A DNA stretch of 64,000 bases, taken from Candidatus Limnocylindria bacterium. GTDB lineage: Bacteria > Chloroflexota > Limnocylindria > QHBO01. The stretch lies in assembly GCA_038209995.1 (NCBI GenBank), contig JBBQXD010000012.1, positions 1,514-65,513 on the forward strand, in the 5' to 3' direction. Below the pieces are notes generated by a model, which saw only the letters and a list, made by a program, of their open reading frames with translations, was not told the origin of the DNA and ran no database searches. The position numbers were made by a program, and so were the translations under genes. Within the stretch, counting starts at the first letter, position 1, and each line of letters opens with the position of its first letter. Shown here piece by piece: positions 37,438 through 46,334 of the stretch.

Positions 37438-37608
37438 GGCCGCGGCGCACGCAACGGCGAAGCGGGTGCCGTTGGGAAGCCGTCGTGAGCGCCTGAGCGC
37501 ACAACGGCGCAGCGTTGGAGCCCTGAACTGGCCTTGCTTCACAGTTGCGTGCGCCGTGCCGCACTCCGCCCCTCGAGATGTGCGCCCTACCGCACGCGAT
37601 CGGCGAAC
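37438..37608 (+). repeat. intergenic repeat element, copy A (upstream of the DegS-like kinase gene)
   Basis: Collinear with 39913-40084. Exact shared blocks in the same order: GCGCACAACGGCGCA, TTGGAGCCCT, TTGCTTCAC, GTTGCGTGCGC, GCCGCACTCC, ACCGCACGCGAT, plus an upstream block GCGGCGC(A/T)CGCAACGGCGA(A/T)GCGGG. Confidence 0.7.
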
Positions 37609-37772
37609 TGTGCCTTGAGCCCCAGCCGCGGGCGCCTGCGGATTCGTCGGGTAGTACGTTCGGCGCGCTTAGTACTGTTGACCGTACGCACACGGCGCCG
37701 ACAGGATGGCCGTCGCGTCCGGTACTGGTCCGGACCCCGTACCACCCGTCACTGGAGCCGTCTGCAGCACTC

Positions 37773-38804
37773 GTGTCGAACACTCCCTCCGATCCCACCG
37801 CCGCCCAGACATTCGAGCGCACCTACGCCGAAGCCACCGAGAGCGTCCGGCGCGAGGTCCTGCGCATGCGCGAGAAGGCCGAGCGCTTCCGCGAGCAGTA
37901 CCGCCGCCAGCTCGCCGACTGGATGGCGCTGCGCGCCAGCATCGACCATCGGGCGGGAGGGAGCACGACGCGCGGCACCGGCGAATCGCTGCGCTCCGAG
38001 CACGATCGCATCGGACGCGAGCTCGGCATCTTCCAGGCGCGCCTCAAGCGCCTCGATACCGCGGCCCGCGGCGTGGAGCTGCTCGCGAACTACCTCGACA
38101 ACCCTGATCCCGCGGCCGGCGAGCCATCGCTCGCCGACGCCGAGACGTCGCCCGCCGCGCAGACCCTGCGCGTCATCGCCGCCCAGGAGGCAGAGCGCCA
38201 GCGGCTCGCCGAGGAGGTGCACGACGGTCCGGCGCAGGTCCTCACCAACGCCATCTTCCAGATCGAGTACCTCGACCGCGTCCTCGAGAGCGAGCCGGTC
38301 ACCGCGCACGCCGAGCTCGCCTTCCTCCGCGACATGCTGCGGGAAGGGCTCGACGAGGTGCGCGGCTTCATCGCCGAGCTGCGGCCGCCGCCCGCGGACC
38401 TTGGCCTCGGCCAGGGGATCGCGACCGCCGCGACCGCGTTCAGCAACCGCACCGGGATCACTGTCAAGGTCGACGTGCCGGGCATCGATGCCCGGCTGAC
38501 GCCGGACGCGAAGGCATCGGTCCTGCGCATCGTCCAGGAGGCATTGCAGAACGTGCGCAAACACGCTGCCGCCAGCGAGGTGTCGATCAGCCTCGATGGG
38601 AATCACCTGGCGATCGCCGACAACGGCCGTGGCTTCGACGTCATGCGCCTGGCCAGCGGGGCGACCCGCAACTTCGGGCTCCAGTTCATGCGCCAACGCG
38701 CGGAGCTGATGGGCTCATCGCTGCAGATCGAATCCCGGCAGGGCGAGGGGACGCGAATCCTCGTTCGCCTGCCGGGCACATCCATCACGAAGGAGGAGTC
38801 ATGA
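37773..38804 (+). CDS. DegS-like cytoplasmic sensor histidine kinase (HisKA_3 / NarL-partner type)
   Basis: No TM helices. Coiled-coil N-terminus. IAAQEAERQRLAEEVHDGPAQVLTN (HisKA_3 H-box), IADNGRGFD, FGLQFMRQRAELMGSSLQIESRQGEGT. Start uncertain (GTG 37773 or ATG 37866; the ORF opens at 37545 inside the repeat). Confidence 0.85.
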   Translation: MSNTPSDPTAAQTFERTYAEATESVRREVLRMREKAERFREQYRRQLADWMALRASIDHRAGGSTTRGTGESLRSEHDRIGRELGIFQARLKRLDTAARGVELLANYLDNPDPAAGEPSLADAETSPAAQTLRVIAAQEAERQRLAEEVHDGPAQVLTNAIFQIEYLDRVLESEPVTAHAELAFLRDMLREGLDEVRGFIAELRPPPADLGLGQGIATAATAFSNRTGITVKVDVPGIDARLTPDAKASVLRIVQEALQNVRKHAAASEVSISLDGNHLAIADNGRGFDVMRLASGATRNFGLQFMRQRAELMGSSLQIESRQGEGTRILVRLPGTSITKEES

Positions 38805-39538
38805 CCGATACACAGCAGGAGCGACGGCGCGGAGGCGACCGCCGCAGCGGAGAGGGGACGCAGACGCGAGTCGTCATCGTCGACGGCCACACGCTGTTCC
38901 GGCGCGGGGTGCGCAACATCCTGGAGCTGGAGCCCGATCTCGAGGTCGTCGGCGAGGCCGGCACCGGCCGCGAGGCGCTCGAGGTGGTCCAGGAGCTGAC
39001 GCCCGACGTCGTCCTCATGGATCTCGGCCTGCCCGCCCCGAACGGGATCGAGACGACCCAGCGCCTGAAGCGCGAGCTGCCGCACACCGGCATCATCGTG
39101 CTCGCCAACAATGACGACGAGGACCAGCTCTTCGACGCCATCAAGGCCGGGGCGGCGGCGTACGTCCTCAAGGACATCGACCCGACCGACCTCATCGGCA
39201 TCATCCGCCGCGTCCGTTCCGGCGAGTACCTCATCAACGACAAGGTCTTCTCCAAGCCGGCCGTCGCCTCGCGCGTCCTCAAGGAGTTCCGCGAGCTGGC
39301 GGTCTACGGCAACGACGCGCAGCCGATCTTCGCGCCGCTGTCACCGCGCGAGGTCGAGATCCTCGACAACATCGCGCAGGGGATGACGAACAAGCAGGTC
39401 GCCTACGCGCTGTCGATCAGCGAGCAGACGGTGAAGAACCACATGAGCTCGATCCTCCGCAAGCTGTCGGTGAACGACCGCACCCAGGCCGTGGTGTATG
39501 CCATGCGCCAGGGCTGGATCAAGATCCCGGAGGATTGA
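38801..39538 (+). CDS. NarL/LuxR-family response regulator (DegU-like)
   Basis: RVVIVDGHTLFRRGV, DVVLMDLGLPAPNG, LuxR HTH LSPREVEILDNIAQGMTNKQVAYALSISEQTVKNHMSSILRKL. ATGA overlap with the kinase gene. Confidence 0.9.
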   Translation: MTDTQQERRRGGDRRSGEGTQTRVVIVDGHTLFRRGVRNILELEPDLEVVGEAGTGREALEVVQELTPDVVLMDLGLPAPNGIETTQRLKRELPHTGIIVLANNDDEDQLFDAIKAGAAAYVLKDIDPTDLIGIIRRVRSGEYLINDKVFSKPAVASRVLKEFRELAVYGNDAQPIFAPLSPREVEILDNIAQGMTNKQVAYALSISEQTVKNHMSSILRKLSVNDRTQAVVYAMRQGWIKIPED

Positions 39539-39734
39539 CCGAGGGGCGTGCGGCGTCCGAGCGCCGCACGTACCAAACGCGATCGGTACCGGAGTGCCAT
39601 GGCCTCCACCGCCGGCCGCGACGAAAATTTGCTCACGTCGATACGGGTATCCGCGACGACGTTCATCTTGACGGGGACCGGCTCGCGAGGCCGGGACCCG
39701 GGTCTCCTCCTCCGGTGCGGGAGCCGCGCAGCAG

Positions 39735-39820
39735 CAGGCGCGGCTCCCTTTTCTTTGCCCGCGTCGGATCGCGTGGCCAGGCGCGGCTCCCTTTTCTTTG
39801 CCCGCGTCGGATCGCGTGGT
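39735..39820 (+). repeat. perfect or near-perfect 43-bp tandem duplication
   Basis: CAGGCGCGGCTCCCTTTTCTTTGCCCGCGTCGGATCGCGTGG occurs at 39735-39776 and again at 39778-39819. Confidence 0.9.
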
Positions 39821-39849
39821 CGTGCGCGTGCGCGCGTTCGAATTCATCT

Positions 39850-39903
39850 GCGCGACGCGCCGCCCAGCTGTCAATGGCGCGACGCGCCGCCCAGCTGTCA
39901 ATG
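39850..39903 (+). repeat. perfect 27-bp tandem duplication
   Basis: GCGCGACGCGCCGCCCAGCTGTCAATG at 39850-39876 and at 39877-39903. Confidence 0.9.
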
Positions 39904-39912
39904 CGCCGCCCG

Positions 39913-40084
39913 TGCGCGGCGGCGCTCGCAACGGCGATGCGGGACACACATGAACGCCAAGGTGCGCGCTACGGCGCACAACGGCGCACAGTTGGAGCCC
40001 TAAAACGGCATTGCTTCACCGTTGCGTGCGCAGGGCCGCACTCCACCGTCGAGGCGGCGCGACCCACCGCACGCGATGGCGAGC
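39913..40084 (+). repeat. intergenic repeat element, copy B (upstream of the flp pilin gene)
   Basis: See copy A. By eye roughly three quarters identical over the ~111-nt core (39974-40084 versus 37497-37608). Confidence 0.7.
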
Positions 40085-40316
40085 GGCCCCCAACAAGGGA
40101 GCGTGCGGAGAGCCGCACGCAATGACGAAGGGAGTCCGTAATGCCACGGGCACTCGATCGCGCATGCGCACCAGAACCTCAGCGCAGGTGCGAGAGCGGC
40201 CTTGACAAGGCGGGATGACTACCCGCAAGGTACGCCCCTGCATGGGTGGAGTAGGACCAACGGGCCATGTTCAGGCTCGTGAGGCCCCGATACGCTGCCG
40301 CTCGCAATCCTTCAGG

Positions 40317-40325
40317 AAAGGAGGT
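40317..40325 (+). promoter_or_regulatory. strong Shine-Dalgarno sequence for flp
   Basis: AAAGGAGGT ends 9 nt before the ATG at 40335. Confidence 0.6.
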
Positions 40326-40334
40326 CCCGCACAC

Positions 40335-40532
40335 ATGCTTCCCATTGTTCAGGCGTACATCAGCAATCTTCTCGCCAAGTTCCGGAGTGACGATGAGGAG
40401 GGTCAGACGCTCGTCGAGTACGGTCTGCTCCTCGCCCTCATCGCGATCATCGTGATCGTCGCCCTGCTCTTCCTGGGCCCGATCGTCAGCCGCATCTTCC
40501 AGAACGTCGGCTCGAACCTGGCAGGCAGCTAG
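40335..40532 (+). CDS. flp: Flp-family type IVb pilin
   Basis: 65 aa. Leader, then the G/QTLVEYGLLLALIAIIVIVAL Flp motif (Gly cleavage site, conserved E-Y, hydrophobic helix). Confidence 0.85.
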   Translation: MLPIVQAYISNLLAKFRSDDEEGQTLVEYGLLLALIAIIVIVALLFLGPIVSRIFQNVGSNLAGS

Positions 40533-40559
40533 ACCTCCTGCTGGTCGACCAGTCTCACC

Positions 40560-40587
40560 GAGCCCCCGGGAGCCATCCCGGGGGCTC
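40560..40587 (+). terminator. perfect 11-bp stem-loop just downstream of flp (terminator/attenuator candidate)
   Basis: GAGCCCCCGGG (40560-40570), loop AGCCAT, CCCGGGGGCTC (40577-40587), followed by CTTCGTTCC. It lies 28 nt after the flp stop and ~185 nt before cpaB. Confidence 0.55.
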
Positions 40588-40772
40588 CTTCGTTCCCGGC
40601 GTGCGACTGCCCGCGTCGCGCGCCTGACGGGGCGCGTAGTACTCGCGGGTAGCCCACAAGTCCACTCGTCCAGCGGTTCTCGGCCGCCCTAGACTGTTGA
40701 CCGCAGGCACAATGCTGCCAGCACCGCGATCTCATCCGTAATCCTCTCCCCGAGCTGCAAAGGGAACGTTTC

Positions 40773-41651
40773 GTGAAGCGATCCAATCGACTGATCATCC
40801 TCGTGGGCGTGCTGCTGGCCGTGCTCGCTTTCGTCGGCATCGTCGTCGTCCTGAATGGCCAGGGAGGCACGGGGCCCAGCAACCAGGCGCCCGTCGGCAA
40901 GATCCTGGTGGCCAAGGCCGCCATCGCCATCGGCGATCCAATCACCCCGGACAAGGTCCTGGTCAAGGACGTCGACCCGACCGCGGTCCCGCCGAACGCC
41001 CTCCATGACACGTCGGAGGTCGGTGGCCAGGCGGCACTCCTCAACGTCCCCGCCGGCAGCCAGGTGACGAAGGCCACCATCGGTACCGACAACACGGTGC
41101 CGGTCGACCTCAGCGCCGGCCTCAAGCCCGGCGAGCGCGCCGTCGGCTTCCAGGTCGACCGCGTCACCGGACTCGACTTCCTCGTGCAGCCGGGCGACTA
41201 CGTCGACGTCGTCCTGCAGCAGCGCATCAACGTGCTGCAGCGCACCACCGACTCCGCCGCGGACCCGAACTCGCCCGCGCGTTTCGAGACCATCCCGGGG
41301 CTCGAATCGTCCCGAACGGTCAAGACGGTGCTCCAGAACCGCCGCGTCCTCTACGTGAGCGCGCAGCGCACGGCCCAGCCGCAGACCGTCGAGGGTCAGG
41401 CGCAGCCGTCGCAGGCGCCCGCCGCGATCGAGAACGTGATCATCGTGTTCGCCGGCTCCGACCAGGACGCCGAGGTCATCAAGTTCGTCCAGAACAACGT
41501 GGGCGAGATCGGTGACCTGACGGCCATCGTGCGCAGCGGCGCGGACAGCGAGGCACCGGCCGTGACGACCAAGGGCGTCACCATCGACCTGCTCATCAGC
41601 CAGTTCGGTGTGCCGATTCCCGACATCGTCCAGAAGCTGAAGACCCCCTAG
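40773..41651 (+). CDS. cpaB: Flp pilus assembly protein CpaB/RcpC-like
   Basis: N-terminal anchor MKRSNRLIILVGVLLAVLAFVGIVVVL. SAF-like segment ILVAKAAIAIGDPITPDKV. Its position directly after flp is typical. Confidence 0.8.
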   Translation: MKRSNRLIILVGVLLAVLAFVGIVVVLNGQGGTGPSNQAPVGKILVAKAAIAIGDPITPDKVLVKDVDPTAVPPNALHDTSEVGGQAALLNVPAGSQVTKATIGTDNTVPVDLSAGLKPGERAVGFQVDRVTGLDFLVQPGDYVDVVLQQRINVLQRTTDSAADPNSPARFETIPGLESSRTVKTVLQNRRVLYVSAQRTAQPQTVEGQAQPSQAPAAIENVIIVFAGSDQDAEVIKFVQNNVGEIGDLTAIVRSGADSEAPAVTTKGVTIDLLISQFGVPIPDIVQKLKTP

Positions 41652-41684
41652 CGACCGCGTGAGCGGCCAGCCGAGGAACCACCC

Positions 41685-42911
41685 GTGATCAAGGTCCTCA
41701 TCGTCGATGACATTCCCGAGACGCGCGACCACCTGGCGAAGCTCCTGGGCTTCGAGCAGGAGATCGACGTGGCGGGAAGCGCCGGCTCCGGCGAGGATGC
41801 GATTCGCATGGCGATGGAGCTCCGGCCCGATGTCCTCGTCATGGACATCAACATGCCGGGCATGGATGGCGTGGCAGCCGCCGAGATCATCTCGCAGCGT
41901 CTGCCCACCAGCCCGATCATCATGATGAGCGTCCACGGTGAGGCAGAGCAGCTCCGTCGAGCCATCGCGGCCGGCGCACGGGAGTTCCTCGTCAAGCCGT
42001 TCAGCGCGGATGAGTTCAGCACCACCATCAAGCGCGTCTACGAGCGGGAGCTCGGCCGCCGCGAGCAGCTCCAGGCGGTCATCCCCGCACCCGTCACCGG
42101 TGCCTCGGCACCGGAGACCGCGATGGAGGACCACCAGGTGGTGGCCATCTTCAGCCCCAAGGGCGGCGCCGGCCGCACCACGATCGCCACGAATGTCGCG
42201 CTTGCGCTTCAGCGCGAGACGGGCGGTCGGGTCTGCCTCGTCGATGCGAACCTCCAGTTCGGCGACGTCGGCGTGCTGCTGAACCTCAACCCGAAGAATC
42301 GGTCCGTCCTCGACGCGGTCGAGGGCGGTGAGCCCGACGCGGACCTCCTCAACTCGGTGGTCATCGACCACTCGACAGGGATCCGGGTCCTCCTCGCGCC
42401 GCCCTCACCCGAGGGCGCCGACCTCATCACCCCGGTCTACCTCCGCAAGATGCTCGACCTGCTGCGCCAGTCCCACGACTGGGTGGTGGTCGACCTGCCG
42501 CCGAGCCTGACCGATCACTCCCTGGGCGTCATGGATGCCGCGGACCAGATCGTCATCCTGGCGGCGCTCGAGATCACGACCATCAAGAACGTCCGCCTCT
42601 TCCTCGAGGTGGCCGACCAGCTCGAGTACGACCGCAGCAAGCTGCGGCTCGTCATCAACCGATCCGACTCGTCGCAGGGAATCCGCATCTCCGACGTCGA
42701 GGCGTCCATCCGCCGACCCATCGATGGAACGGTCGTTTCCGATGGTCGCCTCGCCGTGCTGGCGGTGAACCGCGGCGTGCCATTTGTCGTATCCCATCCC
42801 GACGCCGCGCTCTCGCGCGATATCACCCGGCTCGCTCGCACTCTCGCCGGTGAGCCCGAAACCGCCAATGCCACGGAGAAGCCCCGCAAGGGCCTCTTCG
42901 CCCGCCGTTAA
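41685..42911 (+). CDS. cpaE: CpaE/TadZ-like ParA/MinD-family ATPase with N-terminal receiver domain
   Basis: Receiver: VLIVDDIPETRDHL, DVLVMDINMPGMDG, VKPF. Deviant Walker A: FSPKGGAGRTTIATNVALAL. Confidence 0.85.
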   Translation: MIKVLIVDDIPETRDHLAKLLGFEQEIDVAGSAGSGEDAIRMAMELRPDVLVMDINMPGMDGVAAAEIISQRLPTSPIIMMSVHGEAEQLRRAIAAGAREFLVKPFSADEFSTTIKRVYERELGRREQLQAVIPAPVTGASAPETAMEDHQVVAIFSPKGGAGRTTIATNVALALQRETGGRVCLVDANLQFGDVGVLLNLNPKNRSVLDAVEGGEPDADLLNSVVIDHSTGIRVLLAPPSPEGADLITPVYLRKMLDLLRQSHDWVVVDLPPSLTDHSLGVMDAADQIVILAALEITTIKNVRLFLEVADQLEYDRSKLRLVINRSDSSQGIRISDVEASIRRPIDGTVVSDGRLAVLAVNRGVPFVVSHPDAALSRDITRLARTLAGEPETANATEKPRKGLFARR

Positions 42912-42931
42912 GGGGAAGGACCGCCGCCACC

Positions 42932-44398
42932 ATGTCATTGCTCAAGAGGATCGAGCGGGCTCGGCCCGCAGAGGGGACCACCGAGACTCCGAACACGCCG
43001 TCCGTTCCCGCACCGGCCGGCCCTACGCCCCCTGCTCCGCAGGCAAGCGCGTCGGCGTCCATCGCCCCCGCCACCCCTCCGAGCTCGCCGACCCATGCGG
43101 GCGGCGCCGGGCGCGCGTTCCTCGGCTCACTCCCCGCGCGCGAGTCGTTCCGGGAGGCGAAGTACCGCGTCCAGAACCGGCTCATCAACGAGCTGGACCC
43201 CAAGCTCGACCTCACGAACCAGGTCGAGGTGCGGCGCCAGATCGAGCAGCTGTTCGGCAAGATCGCCGACGAGGAGGGGCTCGCCCTGACGCGCGCCGAG
43301 CGCGTGCGGATGCTCGAGCAGATCACCGACGAGATCCTCGGCCTCGGGCCGCTCGAGCCGCTCCTGCGGGACGAGACGATCACCGAGGTGATGGTCAACG
43401 GGCCGCAGCAGGTCTACATCGAGCGCGAGGGGCGCCTGGAGCTCACGAACGTGACGTTCCAGAACGACGAGCACGTGATGAAGATCATCCAGCGCATCAT
43501 CGCGCCGATCGGCCGCCGCGTGGACGAGTCGAGCCCGATGGTCGATGCCCGGCTGGCCGATGGCTCCCGCGTCAACGCCATCATCCCGCCGCTGAGCCTC
43601 GTCGGGCCGGTCATCACCATCCGGAAGTTCTCCGCCACGCCGTTCACGGTCGAGGATCTCGTCCGCTTCGGGACGGCGACCCCGGAGATGTTCGAGTTCC
43701 TCGAGGCCTGCGTGCAGGCCCGCCTCAACATCTTCGTCTCCGGCGGCACCGGCTCCGGCAAGACCACGATGCTCAACATCCTCTCGTCGTTCATCCCCGA
43801 CGACGAGCGGATCGTGACCATCGAGGACGCGGCCGAGCTCCAGCTCCGCCAGGAGCACGTGGTGACGCTCGAGGCGCGACCATCGAACATCGAGGGCAAG
43901 GGCGCCATCCCGATCCGCGAGCTTGTGCGCAACGCGCTGCGCATGCGCCCCGATCGCATCATCGTCGGTGAGTGCCGCTCGGGCGAGGCGCTGGACATGC
44001 TACAGGCCATGAACACCGGCCACGACGGCAGCATGAGCACCGGCCACGCCAACGCCCCGCGCGACATGCTCAGCCGCCTCGAGACGATGGTGCTCATGGC
44101 GGGCATGGACCTGCCTCTGCGCGCCATCCGCGAGCAGATCTCCTCGGCGGTCGACCTGATCGTCCATCAGAATCGTCTGAAGGACGGTACGCGCAAGATC
44201 ACGAACATCACCGAGGTGCAGGGCATGGAGGGGGACGTCATCGTCATGCAGGACATCTTCGTGTTCGAGCAGACGGGCGTCATCGAGGGCAAGATCCAGG
44301 GCCGGCTGCGACCGACCGGGATCCGGCCAAAGTTCGTCGAGAAGTTCGAGACGTCGGGCATCCACCTGCCGCCGAACGTCTTCGGCTCACCGTTCTAG
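42932..44398 (+). CDS. cpaF: CpaF/TadA secretion ATPase
   Basis: Walker A VSGGTGSGKTTMLN, IVTIEDAAEL, RPDRIIVGECRSGEALDMLQAMNTGHDGSMSTGHAN. Confidence 0.95.
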   Translation: MSLLKRIERARPAEGTTETPNTPSVPAPAGPTPPAPQASASASIAPATPPSSPTHAGGAGRAFLGSLPARESFREAKYRVQNRLINELDPKLDLTNQVEVRRQIEQLFGKIADEEGLALTRAERVRMLEQITDEILGLGPLEPLLRDETITEVMVNGPQQVYIEREGRLELTNVTFQNDEHVMKIIQRIIAPIGRRVDESSPMVDARLADGSRVNAIIPPLSLVGPVITIRKFSATPFTVEDLVRFGTATPEMFEFLEACVQARLNIFVSGGTGSGKTTMLNILSSFIPDDERIVTIEDAAELQLRQEHVVTLEARPSNIEGKGAIPIRELVRNALRMRPDRIIVGECRSGEALDMLQAMNTGHDGSMSTGHANAPRDMLSRLETMVLMAGMDLPLRAIREQISSAVDLIVHQNRLKDGTRKITNITEVQGMEGDVIVMQDIFVFEQTGVIEGKIQGRLRPTGIRPKFVEKFETSGIHLPPNVFGSPF

Positions 44399-44414
44399 GA
44401 GCGAGAGGACACCG

Positions 44415-45398
44415 ATGCCGATCATCATCGCGGCCGTCGCCGCGCTCGCGGTCCTGATCATCGCGGTCGGCGTCGCCATGTCCGGTGGCGGCAGCGGCTC
44501 GGTGGCCACCCGGCTCGAGCGGTACGCCTCGGCACAGGGCGACCTGCCCACCGACGAGGGAATCCGCGAGTCCGCCATCGTCGGCGGCCTGTCGCGGGTC
44601 ATCGAGGGGCAGGACTTCAACACCCGCCTCTCCACGGAGCTGGCGCGCGCCGACCTCAAGCTGCGGCCCGCCGAGTTCCTCCTCTTCTGGGGGATCTCTC
44701 CCGTCCTGTTCGTGGCCGCCGCCTACATGTTCGGCATCGTCTTCTCCGGCCTGCAGAACCCGGTCGCCCTCACGGGCGCCGCGATCCTGGGCCTCTACTT
44801 CCCGCGCTTCTACCTCAAGCGCCGCCAGGGCAAGCGCCTCCAGGCCTTCAAGGATCAGCTGCCTGACACGATCACCCTACTCGCCAACTCGCTGCGCGCC
44901 GGCTCCTCGTTCCTCCAGGGCATCGAGCTGGTCACTCGCGAGGCCCAGCCGCCGATCGGCGTCGAGTTCGAGCGGGTCGTCCGCGAGATGAGCCTCGGCA
45001 TGGCGCTCCAGCCTGCCCTGAACAACCTCGCGCGCCGCGTGGCGAGCGAGGATCTCGAGCTCATGGTCACCGCCATCAACATCCAGTCGCAGGTCGGCGG
45101 CAACCTCGCCACCATCCTCGACTCGATCGCGTTCACGATCCGTGAGCGAATCAGGATCCAGGGTGAGATCCAGACCCTGACCGCCATGCAGCGCTACAGT
45201 GGCTACGTCATCACGCTGCTGCCGGTCGGCCTTGCCGGTCTCCTGTTCCTCATCAGCCCCACCTACATCAGCGCCATGCTCAACAATCCGCCGGGCCTGT
45301 TCGGATTGCCGATGGGCGTCATCTTCTTCGCCATCGGCCTCATCAGCATGGGCTTCGGGTACCTCTTCATCCGCCGCATCGTCGACATCAAGGTCTGA
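44415..45398 (+). CDS. tadB: TadB-like (T2SS F-domain) inner-membrane platform protein
   Basis: T2SSF pattern: FKDQLPDTITLLANSLRAGSSFLQGIELV...QVGGNLATILD, with flanking TM helices. Confidence 0.85.
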   Translation: MPIIIAAVAALAVLIIAVGVAMSGGGSGSVATRLERYASAQGDLPTDEGIRESAIVGGLSRVIEGQDFNTRLSTELARADLKLRPAEFLLFWGISPVLFVAAAYMFGIVFSGLQNPVALTGAAILGLYFPRFYLKRRQGKRLQAFKDQLPDTITLLANSLRAGSSFLQGIELVTREAQPPIGVEFERVVREMSLGMALQPALNNLARRVASEDLELMVTAINIQSQVGGNLATILDSIAFTIRERIRIQGEIQTLTAMQRYSGYVITLLPVGLAGLLFLISPTYISAMLNNPPGLFGLPMGVIFFAIGLISMGFGYLFIRRIVDIKV

Positions 45399-45403
45399 TC
45401 GCC

Positions 45404-46324
45404 ATGCAACCAGAGATTCTCATCGCCGTCGTGGCGGCGCTCGCCGTCCTCCTCATCACCTTCGGCCTGGCCTGGGCGCCGGGCCAGGATGCCGTGCAGC
45501 AGCGGCTGAGCGCGCTCGTCGTCCAACCGAAGACGCTGGAGGAGTACGAGCTCCAGCAGCCGTTCTATGAGCGCACCGTTCGACCGCTCATCAAGCGCCT
45601 CTCGAGGTTCGGGCGCCGGGCCGACCAGGGCGGCGTCATCGCGCGCACCGATGCCAAGCTCGAGCAGGCCGGCTACCCGGGCGGGCTCCGCGGCGCGGAC
45701 TGGATGGGGGTCAAGATCCTGTCGGGGATCGCGTTCGCCATCATCGTCTTCCTGCTCGGCACCCTGCTCCTCCAGGAGCCTGCGATCGGCATCCTCCTCG
45801 GACTGCTCGGCATCGGCATCGGATTCGTCGCGCCGGAGTTCTGGCTCGGCCGCCGCATCCGGGCGCGGGCCGAAGCCATGATCCTGCAGCTCCCGGACGC
45901 GCTCGACCTGCTGACGATCTCGGTGGAGGCAGGGCTCGGCTTCGATGCCGCGCTCGCCAAGGTGGTCGAGAAGATGAACGGGCCGCTGGTGGACGAGTTC
46001 CGCCAGGCGCTCGCCGAGGTGCGCATGGGTCGCACCCGCCGCGAGGCGCTGCGCGACATCGTCAAGCGTGCCGACGCACCGCCCATTTCGAACTTCATCG
46101 GCGCCATCGTGCAGGCCGAGCAGCTCGGTGTGCCGATCGCGAAGGTGCTCCAGATCCAGTCGCAGCAGCTCCGCATCCTGCGCCGCCAGCGTGCCGAGGA
46201 GGCGGCGGCGAAGGCCCCGGTGAAGATGCTCTTCCCGATGGTCGGCTGCATCTTCCCCACGATCTTCATCGTCATCCTCGGTCCCGCGGTCGTGACCGTC
46301 ATGGGAGGCGGCACGGGGCTGTAG
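45404..46324 (+). CDS. tadC: TadC-like (T2SS F-domain) inner-membrane platform protein
   Basis: QLPDALDLLTISVEAGLGFDAALAKV...QAEQLGVPIAKVL, with TM helices at both ends. Confidence 0.85.
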   Translation: MQPEILIAVVAALAVLLITFGLAWAPGQDAVQQRLSALVVQPKTLEEYELQQPFYERTVRPLIKRLSRFGRRADQGGVIARTDAKLEQAGYPGGLRGADWMGVKILSGIAFAIIVFLLGTLLLQEPAIGILLGLLGIGIGFVAPEFWLGRRIRARAEAMILQLPDALDLLTISVEAGLGFDAALAKVVEKMNGPLVDEFRQALAEVRMGRTRREALRDIVKRADAPPISNFIGAIVQAEQLGVPIAKVLQIQSQQLRILRRQRAEEAAAKAPVKMLFPMVGCIFPTIFIVILGPAVVTVMGGGTGL

Positions 46325-46334
46325 CCGGCAGCCG

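Noticed and set aside
39735-39903. Tandem repeats considered as a CRISPR array
   Set aside because: There are only two copies of each unit, directly abutting with no spacers. The two units are unrelated to each other, and no cas genes are present in the window.
40202-40207. Perfect TTGACA hexamer ~130 nt upstream of flp, considered as a -35 promoter box
   Set aside because: I found no acceptable -10 hexamer at 16-19 nt spacing (the best candidates are AAGGTA and TACGCC). It is not callable without TSS data.
40689-42371. 560-aa minus-strand ORF across cpaB/cpaE
   Set aside because: The opposite strand encodes proteins with diagnostic CpaB and CpaE/receiver motifs. This frame is a shadow ORF.
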